DNA of 64,000 bases, taken from NCBI GenBank assembly GCA_951406725.2, contig OX597817.1:48794001-48858000 (forward strand). Reading direction: 5' to 3'. The DNA is from Octopus vulgaris. Lineage: Eukaryota. Shown here piece after piece: positions 1 through 14,237 of this stretch; the first letter of the stretch is position 1, and each line of letters starts with the position of its first letter. The notes under the pieces are model-generated. The model did no database searches. It was given only the letters and a program-made list of their open reading frames with translations, and was not told where the DNA came from. The translations under genes were made by a program, and so were the position numbers.

Positions 1-463
1 CAAGCTACTTATCACACAGCCACTCCTACGCCTACATGTACACCCATAAATATACATAGCTTTTTAAAGACTGCGAGCGAGACAAAGCAAGGGATAATTC
101 GGAAAGCTTTATTCTTATATCACCTATTATATCTCTTCCTACGAAACTTCCAATTAAGATAATCCTACAGAACACTTTATTTATAAACACCCGGAAACTT
201 GGAAACATATGTAATCTTTGACAGCTCTGATCATTCATGTATAAGGTTTGTTTTTTCTTATCCAATTAAACGAGGATCAGCTGTCTAACTTCAAAAGAAC
301 TGTTTAAAGGATAGGCTTAACAAGCAGACCATTATCTCTAGGTTTACTGGTAAGGTTGCAATGGAGAAAATCAATGTTGTCAAAAAAATTATTTACGCAA
401 CGTTTATGTTCTGAAGAAAGGCCCTTCTTTTTGATTCTAGAAGGGCTGATTCATTTTACATAC

Positions 464-560
464 ATGTCGGAGGAATTTACATTGACGAAGATCTTCAGGA
501 ATTCACCTCCAATGAGAAAACCAAACGCTGGACCTAATGTTCCAAAGCAGAGCATGATAC
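464..560 (-). CDS. SLCO4A1: SLCO4-like coding exon 4 (TM5); missed by the ORF track
   Basis: ttccgtag|(G)IMLCFGTLGPAFGFLIGGEFLKIFVNVNSSD-AT|GTATGT. Contains the OATP GPAxGFxxGG motif and is in frame with exon 3. The exact donor is less certain. Confidence 0.9.
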
Positions 561-605
561 CTACGGAAGAAAATTGATTATAATTCAAATTAATGCCAAC
601 ATTAA

Positions 606-661
<56 letters not shown>

Positions 662-936
662 AGATTTATTTATTAAAAAACAGTTTGAGAAAAGTAGATT
701 TATTTGCAATTGTAAAAGTAAAGGAAACGATTTTCTATTATTCGGTTGTCAGATAAATTCATTCGTCTTTTTTTTTTTGTAATTTTATATATACAGGTTA
801 GAAGCGGTAATGGTGTCATTGAGACCCAAAGATGTCAGGTAATGCTGAATAAGTGGTATAGACAGACCATAGTTATGTTCTAGGTTCGGTGATTTTGCGA
901 ACAAGGGATTCAACGTTGGTCATATGTCAGCGTGTG

Positions 937-1394
937 TATATAAAAATTTTTTGCGCAATGAGATAAAAAAAAACAAGGCTGTGTATTTATTAGAACATTT
1001 ATAGATAGAAGGTCTTACAGCTGTTTCCAGGATATGTATTAATTATATCTCTTCATCGGAGACTGTGTAAGAGGATGGTTAAGTAATAGTTACTCATAAG
1101 ATATTGGAATCTTACATCGTATATAAACTCTATACTTGGAATGACCAATTTGAAATAATGATCTACAAATTCAATATCCCTACATATCCCACATCTATTT
1201 TCTTTCCTCCACCTCACTCTCTATTTTGTATCCTATCTAAACTAACTATTACTTAACCATCCTCTCACACCGTCTCCGATGAAGTGATATAATTAATAAA
1301 TATCCTGGAAACAGCTGTAAGGCCTTCTATCTATAAATGTTCTACTATTTACACAGCCTTGGTTTTTCATCTCATTATGCAAGAAATTCTTATA
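937..1394. mobile_element. Fold-back element with hammerhead motif (Penelope pLTR-like)
   Basis: Imperfect inverted arms of about 150 bp (937-1092 / 1243-1394). Each carries gtct-CCGATGA-stem II-GAAA-CAGCTG-TA-ag(a/g)c. Short TA flanks. Confidence 0.75.
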
Positions 1395-1714
1395 TATATA
1401 TATACACACACACAATAATTATAATGATAGAGACTGGCGCATCCTCAAAATTTATTTCCTTTTATTTTACAGTTTGTCATGCAGAATATTTTTATGGTTA
1501 CAACCTAAACCTATCATCAGTTGCATATTCAACCGGGCATATCTTCGTTTAGGGTCTTTCAACCAGCGTCGCTGAAAGCAGTATCCAGCCGGATATCTCA
1601 GAAACTCTCATTAATATATCTATCTGTGTGTGTGTATGTGTGTGTGTATGTGTACGCATGTGTGTATGTATTTGCACTTGTAGATTCGATTACATTCAAT
1701 TTGATTTCACTTAC

Positions 1715-1879
1715 CCATATACATCGGTGCATTTTTGGGATCAACGCAATCATCAACACAAGAAATTCCCAGCGTATGTAAAATAGAACATCCTATACCA
1801 TGGATAAGCCGGCCTAAGAGAAACACGTAAAGGAGGTTTGATGTGCTTGTATCGGATGCTGCGTACAGGTTTGTTTTAT
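1715..1879 (-). CDS. SLCO4A1: SLCO4-like coding exon 3 (TM4)
   Basis: tatag|(N)KTNLYAASDTSTSNLLYVFLLGRLIHGIGCSILHTLGISCVDDCVDPKNAPMYM-G|GTAAGT. Matches the OATP GIG...TLG..Y/xDD..P.Y.G motif; phase 1/1. Confidence 0.93.
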
Positions 1880-2250
1880 CTATATACAAGAACAGAAAAC
1901 AAAAGCGCAATAAGACGGTGAATTAAAATTTTTTTTTAAGTAAACACAACGGATAAAGAAAAATGAGAATGAAATTAAAAAAAAGATTAAGCTATTATTT
2001 TTTTTTATCTGCGTTTCGACAGTCGATGGGTGACAGAAACCATTAATCACAATATTTTGCATCTTTTCATTTCTCTTGCTCGCTTACGTTCTGGCGTTTG
2101 CTAAATTTTCTTGAGCACATTCCTTTCTTAGTGGTAAGACCATAGGGGTTCGACTTCTAGCATAATGGATGTCCACTTAGTGGTCATCCCTCTTATATGT
2201 ATGTAATATAATTTTTCTGAAACTTCAGATTTTTCTATATGCCATTTTTC

Positions 2251-2313
<63 letters not shown>

Positions 2314-2564
2314 GGAAATAATACATTTCTAAATATCCCAGAGAGATTTATGCAATAGTGGTACGATAAAGTAGTTGTATACTGTCAACTTAATGTAACA
2401 GTCCCATGAAGGGAATAAAACTACTGCTATTTAGCCCTAGGAAGCAGCAACGCTTCCTGTCGGCCTTGACACATTTCCTGTGTCCTTATGATTGCAAGGG
2501 GGAGACAAGCATCTCAACCCAGGTAAGCCTGCACTCAGAGACTAGTTTCTGAGTTTTTGCTCGT

Positions 2565-2607
<43 letters not shown>

Positions 2608-2612
<5 letters not shown>

Positions 2613-3416
2613 TTATAAAAATATGGTAAAGTAAAAAAATTCACTTTACCACACACCGAACTTTTCAGAAATAGCAGCCAAAAATTTGGCTATTTCTTCA
2701 ACTGCAAATAAAAGTCTCCAGACAATGCATACTCAGAAAATAACTCACATAGGTATAAGGGAAAAACAATGAAAGATCACATCCATATACGATACCCGAG
2801 GACAGTCTGTTTCTGGATTTGTGGGTAAAACGCCACTTTTCCTTCATCAGCTCAGAGATTTCTTCTGATTTAGATTTGAAAATACTAAGAATCAAACATA
2901 CCCGTCCGATATCTGTAACATCGGACAAACCATGCCAGACACCCAGTACTAGCGAATCCAAAAATACGTATTTTTGGATTCGCTAGTACTGGGTGTCTGG
3001 CATGGTTTGTCCGATGTTACAGATATCGGACGGGTATGTTTGATTCTTAGTATTTTCAAATCTAAATCAGAAGAAATCTCTGAGCTGATGAAGGAAAAGT
3101 GGCGTTTTACCCACAAATCCAGAAACAGACTGTCCTCGGGTATCGTATATGGATGTGATCTTTCATTGTTTTTCCCTTATACCTATGTGAGTTATTTTCT
3201 GAGTATGCATTGTCTGGAGACTTTTATTTGCAGTTGAAGAAATAGCCAAATTTTTGGCTGCTATTTCTGAAAAGTTCGGTGTGTGGTAAAGTGAATTTTT
3301 TACTTTACCATATCTTTATAAATTAATACTTCAAATATACCGTAAATGGTCTTTACATACCGAATACTGCTTGGTCGAATTTATTAACAATTAATTAATT
3401 CTACCCCTTTTTTGAT

Positions 3417-3419
<3 letters not shown>
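2608..3419. mobile_element. Near-perfect palindromic element with hammerhead motif, between (TA)n tracts
   Basis: Arms of about 360 bp with no spacer, centre 2967/2968; the mirrored 87-aa ORFs are identical. A unique tail at 3327-3419 is followed by (TA)n. Confidence 0.85.
3079..3140 (+). ncRNA. Minimal type I hammerhead ribozyme motif (mirror copy about 2795-2856, minus strand)
   Basis: tctgag-CTGATGA-a gga...tcc a-GAAA-CAG a CTG-TC-ctcggg. Confidence 0.65.
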
Positions 3420-3481
<62 letters not shown>

Positions 3482-3873
3482 CTATGTCGAAATATTTCGA
3501 GATCAGTTTTGCAATACAACATAGTTTTATATGGAAATAGTAGATACCAACAATTTAATAAGCTATTAAACGTTGGGTATATAACCTAGCATTTGTAACG
3601 AGAACCTCTGAGCTATTTTCAAATTGAAAAATTCATTTGTGGGACCAAACTAATTTCTTATTCATGACGTATTTGAGATATAACAATATATAAATGAAAT
3701 ACCCCGCGAAACTCATTTGTATCAGGCTTCGAATCATACTGAATATATAAGTTTCTGTTGTGCGAAATTTCAAAATTAAATTATGGAGTATTTTTATGAC
3801 TTCTGCAAACTAAATTTGGCAGTTTTTATGTGTATAGGCATGTGTGTGTATATACATACGTATATGTATACGC

Positions 3874-3906
<33 letters not shown>

Positions 3907-3956
3907 TGTATGTATGTATGTATGTATGTATGTATGTATATATATATATATATATG

Positions 3957-3999
<43 letters not shown>

Positions 4000-4111
4000 A
4001 TGCATGTATGTATATGTATACACATACATATATGTATATATGATTATAAATATATGCATTTATATACACATATATGTACCCTTATTATATATATACACAT
4101 ATATATATACA

Positions 4112-4170
<59 letters not shown>

Positions 4171-4467
4171 ATGTCTATGCGTGGCGTGTGTGTACATTGG
4201 CATCAAACTTAGTTTATAGAAATATGAATATTCTGAATATTTTATTATATAATTTTAATAATTCTCAAAGCAATGATATTTAATATATATATATAAAGAT
4301 GGCCTCAAGAGTTGAAACTGAAATTCCTTTAGATAGGCAGCTAAAGAGGGGTAATTTTTAAAAGTTTCTTTCTCTGCTCTGTGTTCTCATCATTTGTGCC
4401 TAGTTTCTCTCATTTCTGATATCGAAACGCTCATATTCTTACACATGATGTCTTAAGTTTTTCCTGT

Positions 4468-4584
<117 letters not shown>

Positions 4585-4612
4585 CTTCCGCCTTCTTTCA
4601 TGACCAAGTCAC

Positions 4613-4662
<50 letters not shown>

Positions 4663-4842
4663 TCTTCAGATTCTTTGCCAGTATGTGGTGAAGCAAATTT
4701 TTGCTGAACCCTAATTATAATTATACTCATAGTTATAGAATTTTTGTATAAGTTTATCGATAATGGTTCTTTTAACATACCGAACTACTTGGTAAAATTA
4801 TTAACTATTAATTACTTAATTAATTTTACTCTTTACTATTAT

Positions 4843-4890
<48 letters not shown>

Positions 4891-5056
4891 ATCAAAATTC
4901 CTCACACAGGAACTTAGTTTGATTTGAAAACCCCACTAGAATGGGAGATAGCGCTAATGATCTAAGTGATATGATATATATATATATATGAAAAATGTAA
5001 TATATAAATAAATATCTGTAAATATAAACCATCCGATCTTCTGAGTACCTCATTTC

Positions 5057-5124
<68 letters not shown>

Positions 5125-5377
5125 CAATTTAAGAAACAGAGAAAAAGAAAAAGGAAAAAGCAATCGAACGTGTGGATGTAGCACAAGCAATGTGTTAATA
5201 AGACGCTCCGAAAAAGAAAAGAGCTGTAGTTTTACGTTTCGGGCATAGTTCTCTCTTCGGAAACAAGAAAATCAGGTAAGTACAGGACGGAGGAAGAAAA
5301 AATTGCCACCAACCGCGTGCGATATATAAACATATTTGTGTGTGTGTGTGTGTATGTGTGTGCGTGCGTGCGTGATG

Positions 5378-5670
5378 ATGTATGGCTTAGTGGTTAGGGT
5401 GCTGCACTCACGATGGCGAGATCGTGGTTTCAATTCCTAGACCGGGTGGTGCGTTCAGTTCTGGAGCCAAACACTTCATCTCACGTTGCTCTTCGATCAC
5501 TGTGATACTTGACGTATGGTACACCGTGCACCTGTTCAGGCAACGTCAATTTGATTTAGGGATTGAGCTAATATAGGGCACATACATTTGATTCCTATAA
5601 ACAAATCATTTGTGCAGGTCTTTCGGCAAAAGCTGAACGCTCATACGTCGTCATAGACAGGAGAGTCCAT
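5378..5670 (+). mobile_element. tRNA-derived SINE (CORE-like)
   Basis: A box tggcttagtgg, B box gtttcaattcc. Confidence 0.65.
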
Positions 5671-5874
5671 CATGTATATATCCAAGGTACCTTGGAGCAG
5701 AAGAACTTTAGCCATCCTGGATGGTTGCAATGCAGACAGTGGCACAGAATGTGGCAGCAGAAGAGTATCCAAGGAGACGTGATACGGATACAGCCTCGAT
5801 TCCTTACAGATGGGAATTCTTGTTTGAAGACCTTCGGCTGTTCCGCTCGCTTTCTCTAGCGTTTCATACTACTA

Positions 5875-5906
<32 letters not shown>

Positions 5907-5984
5907 ACTGTTGCTGCTGCTGCTACTGCTGCCGACACCAAAACCACCACCACCACCACCACCACCACCACCACTACCACTACG

Positions 5985-6022
<38 letters not shown>

Positions 6023-7286
6023 AATAATCGTTGTGGTTGTGCCTGTTATTTACCATGGTCGTAGTAAGGAACAATGGCCAGTTACTTGAGCCAGTAATGC
6101 AGTTTGGCTTGCAGGCACTACGGAATCTGTTGGAATGTATGTATGTATGTGTATACATACTATTTTGCTATCCAGAACTGCAATACTCAAACCCTACTCA
6201 CATTTTTCATACAGGTATTAATCTACAGAAATTCAACCTTAAATTCAGCAGGTAAACTATATATTGACATACACCAACACTGCTAATCTAAGGAATTCAA
6301 GACATTTCTATTTCCACTTTTTCCTTTTCCAATTGATTAATATTCTCAATAGATCATTCTGAAATGTATGTAACGGACCTAATTTCCTCCTAACAATACA
6401 ACAGTTTTCATTTGTTACGAATAAAATCACTTTTCCCCCATGCTGTTAAGACAATTTGATGATATGCAGTGTGTAACGGAAGAAAATACGTTATGTTTAT
6501 TAAATTTATTTATAATTATATTTATAATAAACATTTATATTTTCGTGCGTGTGTATGTTTCTATATAATGGTCCCAGCTTTTCATTTATGCATGTTACAT
6601 GAAATACACAACTATGTTTAAATTTTATCATTTTTAACTTCATTTTATATTTCTTGAATTTTCAAAAGTTTTTAATGTTCTTTCCATATTTTCATATTAG
6701 ATCTTTACAGCTGGTTTAGAACAGTAGAGTTCCTAAATGCTATTCAAAATTTCTAGACTTACACAATCTCATTATTAATATATTTGGCGTTTTTCTTGTT
6801 GTTCATATACTGGTTCACTTCGTGTAGACTCTTCCGCCAAACCCTTTTTGACCATTAGAAGACAGTCGTGCATTTAACGGAACACAGATATACTTACAAA
6901 TTGAGACAAATTTTTAGTAGTTAAGTTAGTGGGTTTAAAATTTCATTTTTTTTTTAAAAGCCTTGCTCGCTTTAAAATCTAATCATCTTTAGTTTTAAGT
7001 AAACAGCGAACTGATTCAACAGAAAAAAGTCAGGGAGCAACAGACTAATAATTATATATATATATATATATAATTATGTATGGGTATATGTGTGTGCGCT
7101 TTGTGTCTGTGTTTACGACCCCGTAACTTAGTGGTTCGGTAAAATAGACCGATACAATAAGTACGTGGCCTTCAAAAAAATAAGTCCCCTGGTCGATTTG
7201 TTCAGCTAAAAGCCTTGAAGGCGGTGCTCCAGCATGGCCGCTGTCAAATGACTGAAACAAGTAAAAGAGCCAAAGAATAAAAGAAT

Positions 7287-7317
<31 letters not shown>

Positions 7318-7533
7318 CATATATACATGAGTGAGTGGAAAAACGAAAGAAGGGCACTCAAATTTATTATGAGTTACATGTATGGATCAAAACAGCTTGA
7401 TTCAAATTCACAATGGCTGACAACTAGCATCACGCTTGAAACTCAAGAGTACCAACGAATTAGAATCAAACGTCTTTGATCCATATCAATGTAACAATGT
7501 AAGGCATTAAGACAATATGACTCTCCCCAGACA

Positions 7534-7585
<52 letters not shown>

Positions 7586-7587
<2 letters not shown>

Positions 7588-7925
7588 CAAAGAAGTAAAA
7601 GAAAATGGAGATTGGGAAGTTAGCAATTGATTTTTATTAACAGCAAACTAATCACTTTCAGTTACGGCTGCAAACCCCTTGCCGGGACAATACAAATCAT
7701 AAACCGTAACATTCAGTCAGCTATAATGAATCCAAGAGTATATGGTTTTTCCTCTGAAGATATTATGCTCTGGTCATATAAATATATATTTAATATTTCG
7801 TTAATATTTACTGGGTACTAATTGAAACAGCTGTAAGTAAAGATGATTAATTTCCTGTTAATAATAAAGAATTGTTAACTTCGCAATCTCCATTTTCTTT
7901 TTCTTCTTTTAAATGAATATGAACT
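7586..7925 (+). mobile_element. Older fold-back element with hammerhead-like motif
   Basis: Diverged arms 7586-7670 / 7828-7912. CTGAAGA at 7754 and GAAACAGCTGTA at 7824. TA flanks. Confidence 0.55.
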
Positions 7926-7956
7926 ATAAATATATATATATATATACCTAAATACT

Positions 7957-7993
<37 letters not shown>

Positions 7994-8123
7994 TTAGGTA
8001 TTGAACCAGTATTTCTTTGGATGGAACCATCCCCTCGTGAGGTTAACACAACCTCCAATTAAGTTTAATACATGTATAGGAAAAGAATGAATGAATGCTT
8101 GTTGCAAAGGTTTCACTACATAC

Positions 8124-8399
8124 TTGAGCAGAGACCAGTGAAGTTATGCTGCCATTTGTATTCGCCAGCTGCAAAGTGAGGCATAATAATGATGAATGAA
8201 CCGATGCTGAGACAAAATAAGCCGAATCCAATCCAACGCATTTTATAGCCGACTGCACCGATAAAGCTAACAAAGAGAGCGACAGGGGCGGCAGTGATGT
8301 CATGGACACTGGCTATCCAACCAGCTTGACTACTGGTCAATCCAAATCGTTTTTCAATGGTTGACATGTTGACATTGATAATTCCGTTCAGAATAAAAC
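8124..8399 (-). CDS. SLCO4A1: SLCO4-like coding exon 2 (TM1-TM3)
   Basis: ttcag|(G)FILNGIINVNMSTIEKRFGLTSSQAGWIASVHDITAAPVALFVSFIGAVGYKMRWIGFGLFCLSIGSFIIIMPHFAAGEYKW...CS-A|GTATGT. Contains typical OATP motifs (TIEKRF, VSF.G, RWIG, PHF); phase 1/1. Confidence 0.95.
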
Positions 8400-9162
8400 C
8401 TGAAAAATAAAATGAGAATATAAGAATGCGTCGAAGTGTAATTTAAAGGGAAAGCGTGTACATATACATTGAAATATATACATATACATATGTGTATGTA
8501 TGAAACGGAAAGAGAGAGAGAGAGAGAGAGAGAAAGGGAACGAGAGGGAGTGAGAGGGAGAGAGAGAGAGTGAGAGAGAGAGGAGAGAGAGAGGAGAGAG
8601 AGAGGAGCGATCATGTGAAAGGACTTAAATGTTGTAACTCAGTGTGAATTTTCTGTCATTTTATGATTCATTAAAACTATATGATCCTTCATCTTTTACT
8701 TGTATCAATCATTAGATTGAATTCATGATGAAGTTCATGTCTTGAAGGTCATTAAACTAAGGTCATACATTGAAACATTTTCAGTAAATATTTTTTAAGC
8801 CTGATAATTCATCAGTTTTTTTTTATTGCCGAATTGCTAAGTCCAAGAAAAGACGTTATACTATTACACTTATTTTGTTACGATCGTTTCAACAATAAAT
8901 GGCTCACACATTCATGAATATAAAAATTAAGATAAATGCTTAAGTAGTACTACAATATATTACGTGCGATCTGTGTTCATCACATTAAAGGTCTATATTA
9001 ATGTCTTATACTACGTGTCTACTTAATTATCCCTGGAATTTTGGTTCGTATGAACGGTTCCCATTAATAAAAAACTGTCCACTGCTACACACTCTGCTAG
9101 CCGTTATTTGCAGGAGTGTTTACTGTGGATACAACTCAGATTTCTAAATCCGCTTTTTTGTG

Positions 9163-9325
<163 letters not shown>

Positions 9326-9651
9326 CGGAGATGTAGTTGCATGGGTACAGGACATCACCAACTGTAAATAACATGAAATACGCAAAGAACGAGAGAAATA
9401 ACTGAAAGCAGGAAAAGTAACTCAAAGAACGACTCTTCATCAGTTGTCGGCTGTGAATCTACTCCTCATTTCGAGCAATCAACGACAATATGAGTCTTCG
9501 AAGACAGTTGCTCTCATAACTTCGAAAATAAATTTTGGAGTTTATGGAGGGTCAAAGTTGGGAACAAAAACAGGACAGTGGAGACATACAAGGAAACCGA
9601 ACGAAAACAAACATGGAGGGTCGCTAGAGCAGAACGAGGGGAGAGATAGTG

Positions 9652-9722
<71 letters not shown>

Positions 9723-10460
9723 TATATAATGTTCACTCGACATTTTTTATCGCATTCTTTGTAGTTGCGTATTGAACTTTTGACTTCGGGCATTAACCTT
9801 CGCTCTTATCCCTCCTCCTTCGTTTTATCTCTCATGCACACTCAGCCTCTCGTTTGCTATTCTTTCCTCTCTCACACCCAGATCTTCGTTTGCTCTTAAT
9901 TTTATATCTTGCTTTAATAATTCTAAGAATTGTTTACATTATTTTAATTTCAACTTCAGTTGTTTCGTTATTTAAAGTGGTGTATATCGGTCTCAATTAA
10001 ATAATTATTTATATATCACTCAATTTATAAAAAGAAATTACTTGCTGACATTTATTCGCATTCTTGATGCTTTATTACACACACACACACATACACACAC
10101 ACATATATATATATATGTTTTGCAAACAACTTGCAGATGCAAGTGATACCAGTCGAAAACTCTGCATACCGGAAGTCAGTAAGTGTATGGGGTCATCAGG
10201 AGAGAATGACCACCGTTTCGGGACCTACTTCTCGACGGCATCATCGCGCACTGGTCCCCCTCACTGATATGAGGCTCCGCTTACTAGATCAACCGGTTGT
10301 CAAATAAAGCTCAATATTCTTCTAGCCATCGCTCATCGTCTCACTTTAACCAAATCCAGTGGCTAGCCTTTTCCACTGTAGTTTGGATAGCGGTCATGGT
10401 GGTAGTTACGCACACACACACTCACACACACACAGACACACAATCTCACACGCACAAGCC

Positions 10461-10492
<32 letters not shown>

Positions 10493-10566
10493 AAATCAAA
10501 ATATGCAAGAGGATATCAAGTAGTGATGCAGCACGACCATTTCAAGCGGTTCCATTTAATTGAAAA

Positions 10567-10692
<126 letters not shown>

Positions 10693-10879
10693 GAAGTGTG
10701 TATAATTATAAGAAATCACAATTATAACCGTGAAGGTTGCAAAACCCTTACATGCCTAGAAATAGCAGTCAAAATCGCTACAAAGCCACTATAATCACTC
10801 GTATATTTTATCGCTTCACAACAAAACAATTGTTTATGATATACCCTTCATAATGTATTTTTACATTCCTCTTTATTAT

Positions 10880-11275
10880 ATATATAATAAAAATTTCACT
10901 CTGTCTGTGTGTGTGTGTGTAAAAGATTATAACGGTCGTATTTTTCAACTGATTTTCTCCAAACTGGGAACATTCATCACTTATGTTCTAGGGATGGTTT
11001 TAGACTCCTAAAATGTTCCACATGATAAGTAACGGGCCCCCTGGGAACAGAAAACACCACTTCCTGGATTATGTTGAGAAGGGTGGTAACTCTTTCGAAG
11101 TAACTTTCAGAAATTGATTGTCTTCCTTACATACATTGGTCATAAAGATAGCAGAAAATATTGCTGTTATATTAGATTCACGTCTTAGAAAGTATTTTCT
11201 GACATATTTACTTCCAGTTTTTTAACATATTCAGGCGTCAGTGACGTTTATATCTTTCTATCTATATCTCTCTAT

Positions 11276-11345
<70 letters not shown>

Positions 11346-11751
11346 ATATCTTTCTATCCATCTCTATCTCTATATCTATCTATTTCTCTGTTTCTACCTG
11401 TCTTTATCTTACCTATTTATATCTATCTTATTTGTCTAACTAGCTAGCTCTCTCTATATCTCACTCACTATTGTTTTCACTTCAAGTTCAGTCGCTATTG
11501 CTTGCACTGTAAGTTTTCAATCGCTGTTTACAAACAACAATAACAAATTACTGACAGAAAGAAGTTCACAATTACTGATGAAAGTAATTTCATACTGATA
11601 GAAGTAACTTCATAAATTTCACTCAAATCCGTACACTCCGTTAAATTTGCCTCCAAATTTCTTATTTACTTTTGCAACCGTTTTGTGTTTTGCTGTTGTT
11701 AACGGCTTTTTCTAGTTCCTTTGATCCGGGCAACGCTGTGTATTTCTGCTA

Positions 11752-11752
<1 letters not shown>
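10880..11752 (+). mobile_element. Older Helitron-like element
   Basis: 3' end ccgggcaacgctgtgtatttctgCTAG; 5' end approximate. Confidence 0.55.
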
Positions 11753-11843
<91 letters not shown>

Positions 11844-11951
11844 GTATATATATATATATAAATATATATATATACGTGTGTGTGTGTGTGTGTACATACA
11901 TAATACATGTGCACATATATATTACTAGTACATATATGTATTTATATATAT

Positions 11952-12518
11952 ATGCGCGCTTTCTGGGTAATCGTAATGGAATCCACATGGTAATGCAATA
12001 AAAATGGTAAATAATTTTCGTGGATTCCTCATTCCATTACGCATGAAAAACCACAGGAAAATTATTTACCATTTTTATTGCATTACCATGTGGATTCCTC
12101 ATTCCATTACGATTACCCAGAAAGCGCGCATGGCAGAATTTTGGAGGGAAAATTTACGTTCCCAGTCGCTACTTAGTTTTAACATCTGCGCTCTTCCCCC
12201 CACTATCTGATGTCGCTGGGTCAGAAGTGAGGGCTGGTGGCATTTGGTAAAGCTATCGAATATAGCGCCGATGACGGAATTCAAACTAAATTTTTCCTAT
12301 GTTTGCGATCCAGAAACACGTGTTCGCTATTAACGGTAAGTGACTGATTTCGTATATTTGCCACTCCGGTTTTGTGTATGTGAGCCGTAAAGGCCTTCGT
12401 TTTTGGAATCTCCACTTATATAGAAAATGGAAAAAACGGTCTTTGACTGCCATTTCTAATTCCTTCGGTATGAGGCGAAACAGCCTCCTGCTAGCCATCT
12501 TATTTTTTCTTTATTATT
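11952..12518 (+). mobile_element. (TA)n-flanked element with 5' inversion and hammerhead motif
   Basis: Inverted repeat 11952-12131, hammerhead 12262-12330, TA tracts on both sides. Confidence 0.7.
12262..12330 (+). ncRNA. Type I hammerhead ribozyme motif (CCGAUGA core)
   Basis: atagcg-CCGATGA-c gga..caaac..gtttg..tcc a-GAAA-CACGTG-TT-cgctat; 6-bp stem I. Confidence 0.7.
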
Positions 12519-12615
12519 TATATATATATATATATGTGTGTATATATATGTATATATATGTATGTATATTAATATATGCATATATATATATATACATATA
12601 TATATATTTACATAT

Positions 12616-12675
<60 letters not shown>

Positions 12676-12676
12676 T

Positions 12677-12728
<52 letters not shown>

Positions 12729-12974
12729 CCTTTTTACTTCTTTCAGTTATTAGACTGCAACCATAGTCGGACACTCCTTGATGGGTTTAGTGAAAGAAAC
12801 CGACCCCTATACTTGTTTTAACTCTGGTAATTATTCTCTTCTAATATCGTCTCTTTGTGCCGAACCGCTAAGTTACAGGGCCGTTAACAAACTAAGAAGC
12901 AGTAGGGAGACATACATTGACTCAAACGTACTCGTATACATGCATATATAATGATATATATATGTGTGTGCATA

Positions 12975-13038
<64 letters not shown>

Positions 13039-14237
13039 TATATATAACATAATACATGTATATAATTTTGCTTGTATTTATATATACATGTATAATATAT
13101 AAATAGGTTTATGAGTATATTATACATATGGAAGTAAGTTTATTCATATATGCGTGGACATACACGCACACACACACACACACACACATATATACGCACA
13201 CACAAACACACGTACCAATATGAGAAGGAAGAAGGGTGAGTGAAGGAGAGAGAGAGAGAGTGATAGAGGGAGATAGAAGGAAAAAGAACGAGTGAAAGAG
13301 ATGAATGCTGTTGTCTGAGTGTGCAATATTCTACACCACATTCCAAGAGCTGGTGACAGTGAGCCAACAACCAGTTGAAGAAGCAATTAAATATAGCTCA
13401 TTGTTATATTGTATAATTGGCGTGTTTCGTAATTTTGCAGGTAAGTTTGCAATATCTCCTGCAGAGAAAATTAACGTTTCTTGGTCAGCGATCTATTTTT
13501 GTAAAATATATAATGCTGTAGAAAGGAATCCACCACGAATTTATGGCATTGGTTATACTTTCCAAAGTATTTCACAAATTTTCATTCGTAAACTTTAAGC
13601 CAAAGCGAAGAGAAAGCCTGCACAAAGAGAGAGTTGAAGAGAAATTCGGAAAAGGGGAGTTAAACTAAAACAAGCGGCTTATTTGCTTTGGTGTTTACAA
13701 TCGTAATCAAATCTAAAATATCAAATAATTTCATATCTTGATATTGCACAATAATTTAATATCTCATTAAATCTGTTTTATAAAATTTTAGTCAAGTACT
13801 TAAATATGTATTCTTTAACAATAAAGTAAATATTATATTTCATAACATCATATGTAAACAAACATAAGTTTGTTTTCGAAGTGTTGAAGTGTATTGTAGA
13901 AAAAAGTAGAATGATATATTTTTCAACATGTAAATACTAAACATTATATATAAAGGATAAAATCCTTTTAAGAGCAGAAAAATTTGCCGGCAACCAGCCA
14001 CTAGGACTGAACTCACACCCCTCTAATATCTCAATGAAGTGCTCTACCCTTTAAGCTAAACTGCCGACCGGCGAATTTTGCAATTTTAGAAGTTATTAAG
14101 TCATCCAGAAACGCTAGATATCATATAGATTACGTCATATGTAAACAGACATAAGTTTGTTTTTGAAGCGTTGAAATGTATTATATAACAAGAAGAAAGA
14201 TATATTTTTTCAACACGTAAATACTGAACAGTTTATA

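Noticed and set aside
356-577. Plus-strand 73-aa ORF
   Set aside because: Antisense shadow of the SLCO exon at 560-464.
2698-3237. Two identical 87-aa ORFs on opposite strands
   Set aside because: A by-product of the palindrome; non-ATG start and no recognisable domain.
7373-7495. Short diverged inverted repeat between TA tracts
   Set aside because: Probably an old member of the fold-back class, but too decayed to show a ribozyme core.
10150-10260. CTGATGA and GAAAC on the minus strand as a hammerhead
   Set aside because: Could not build consistent stems I-III.
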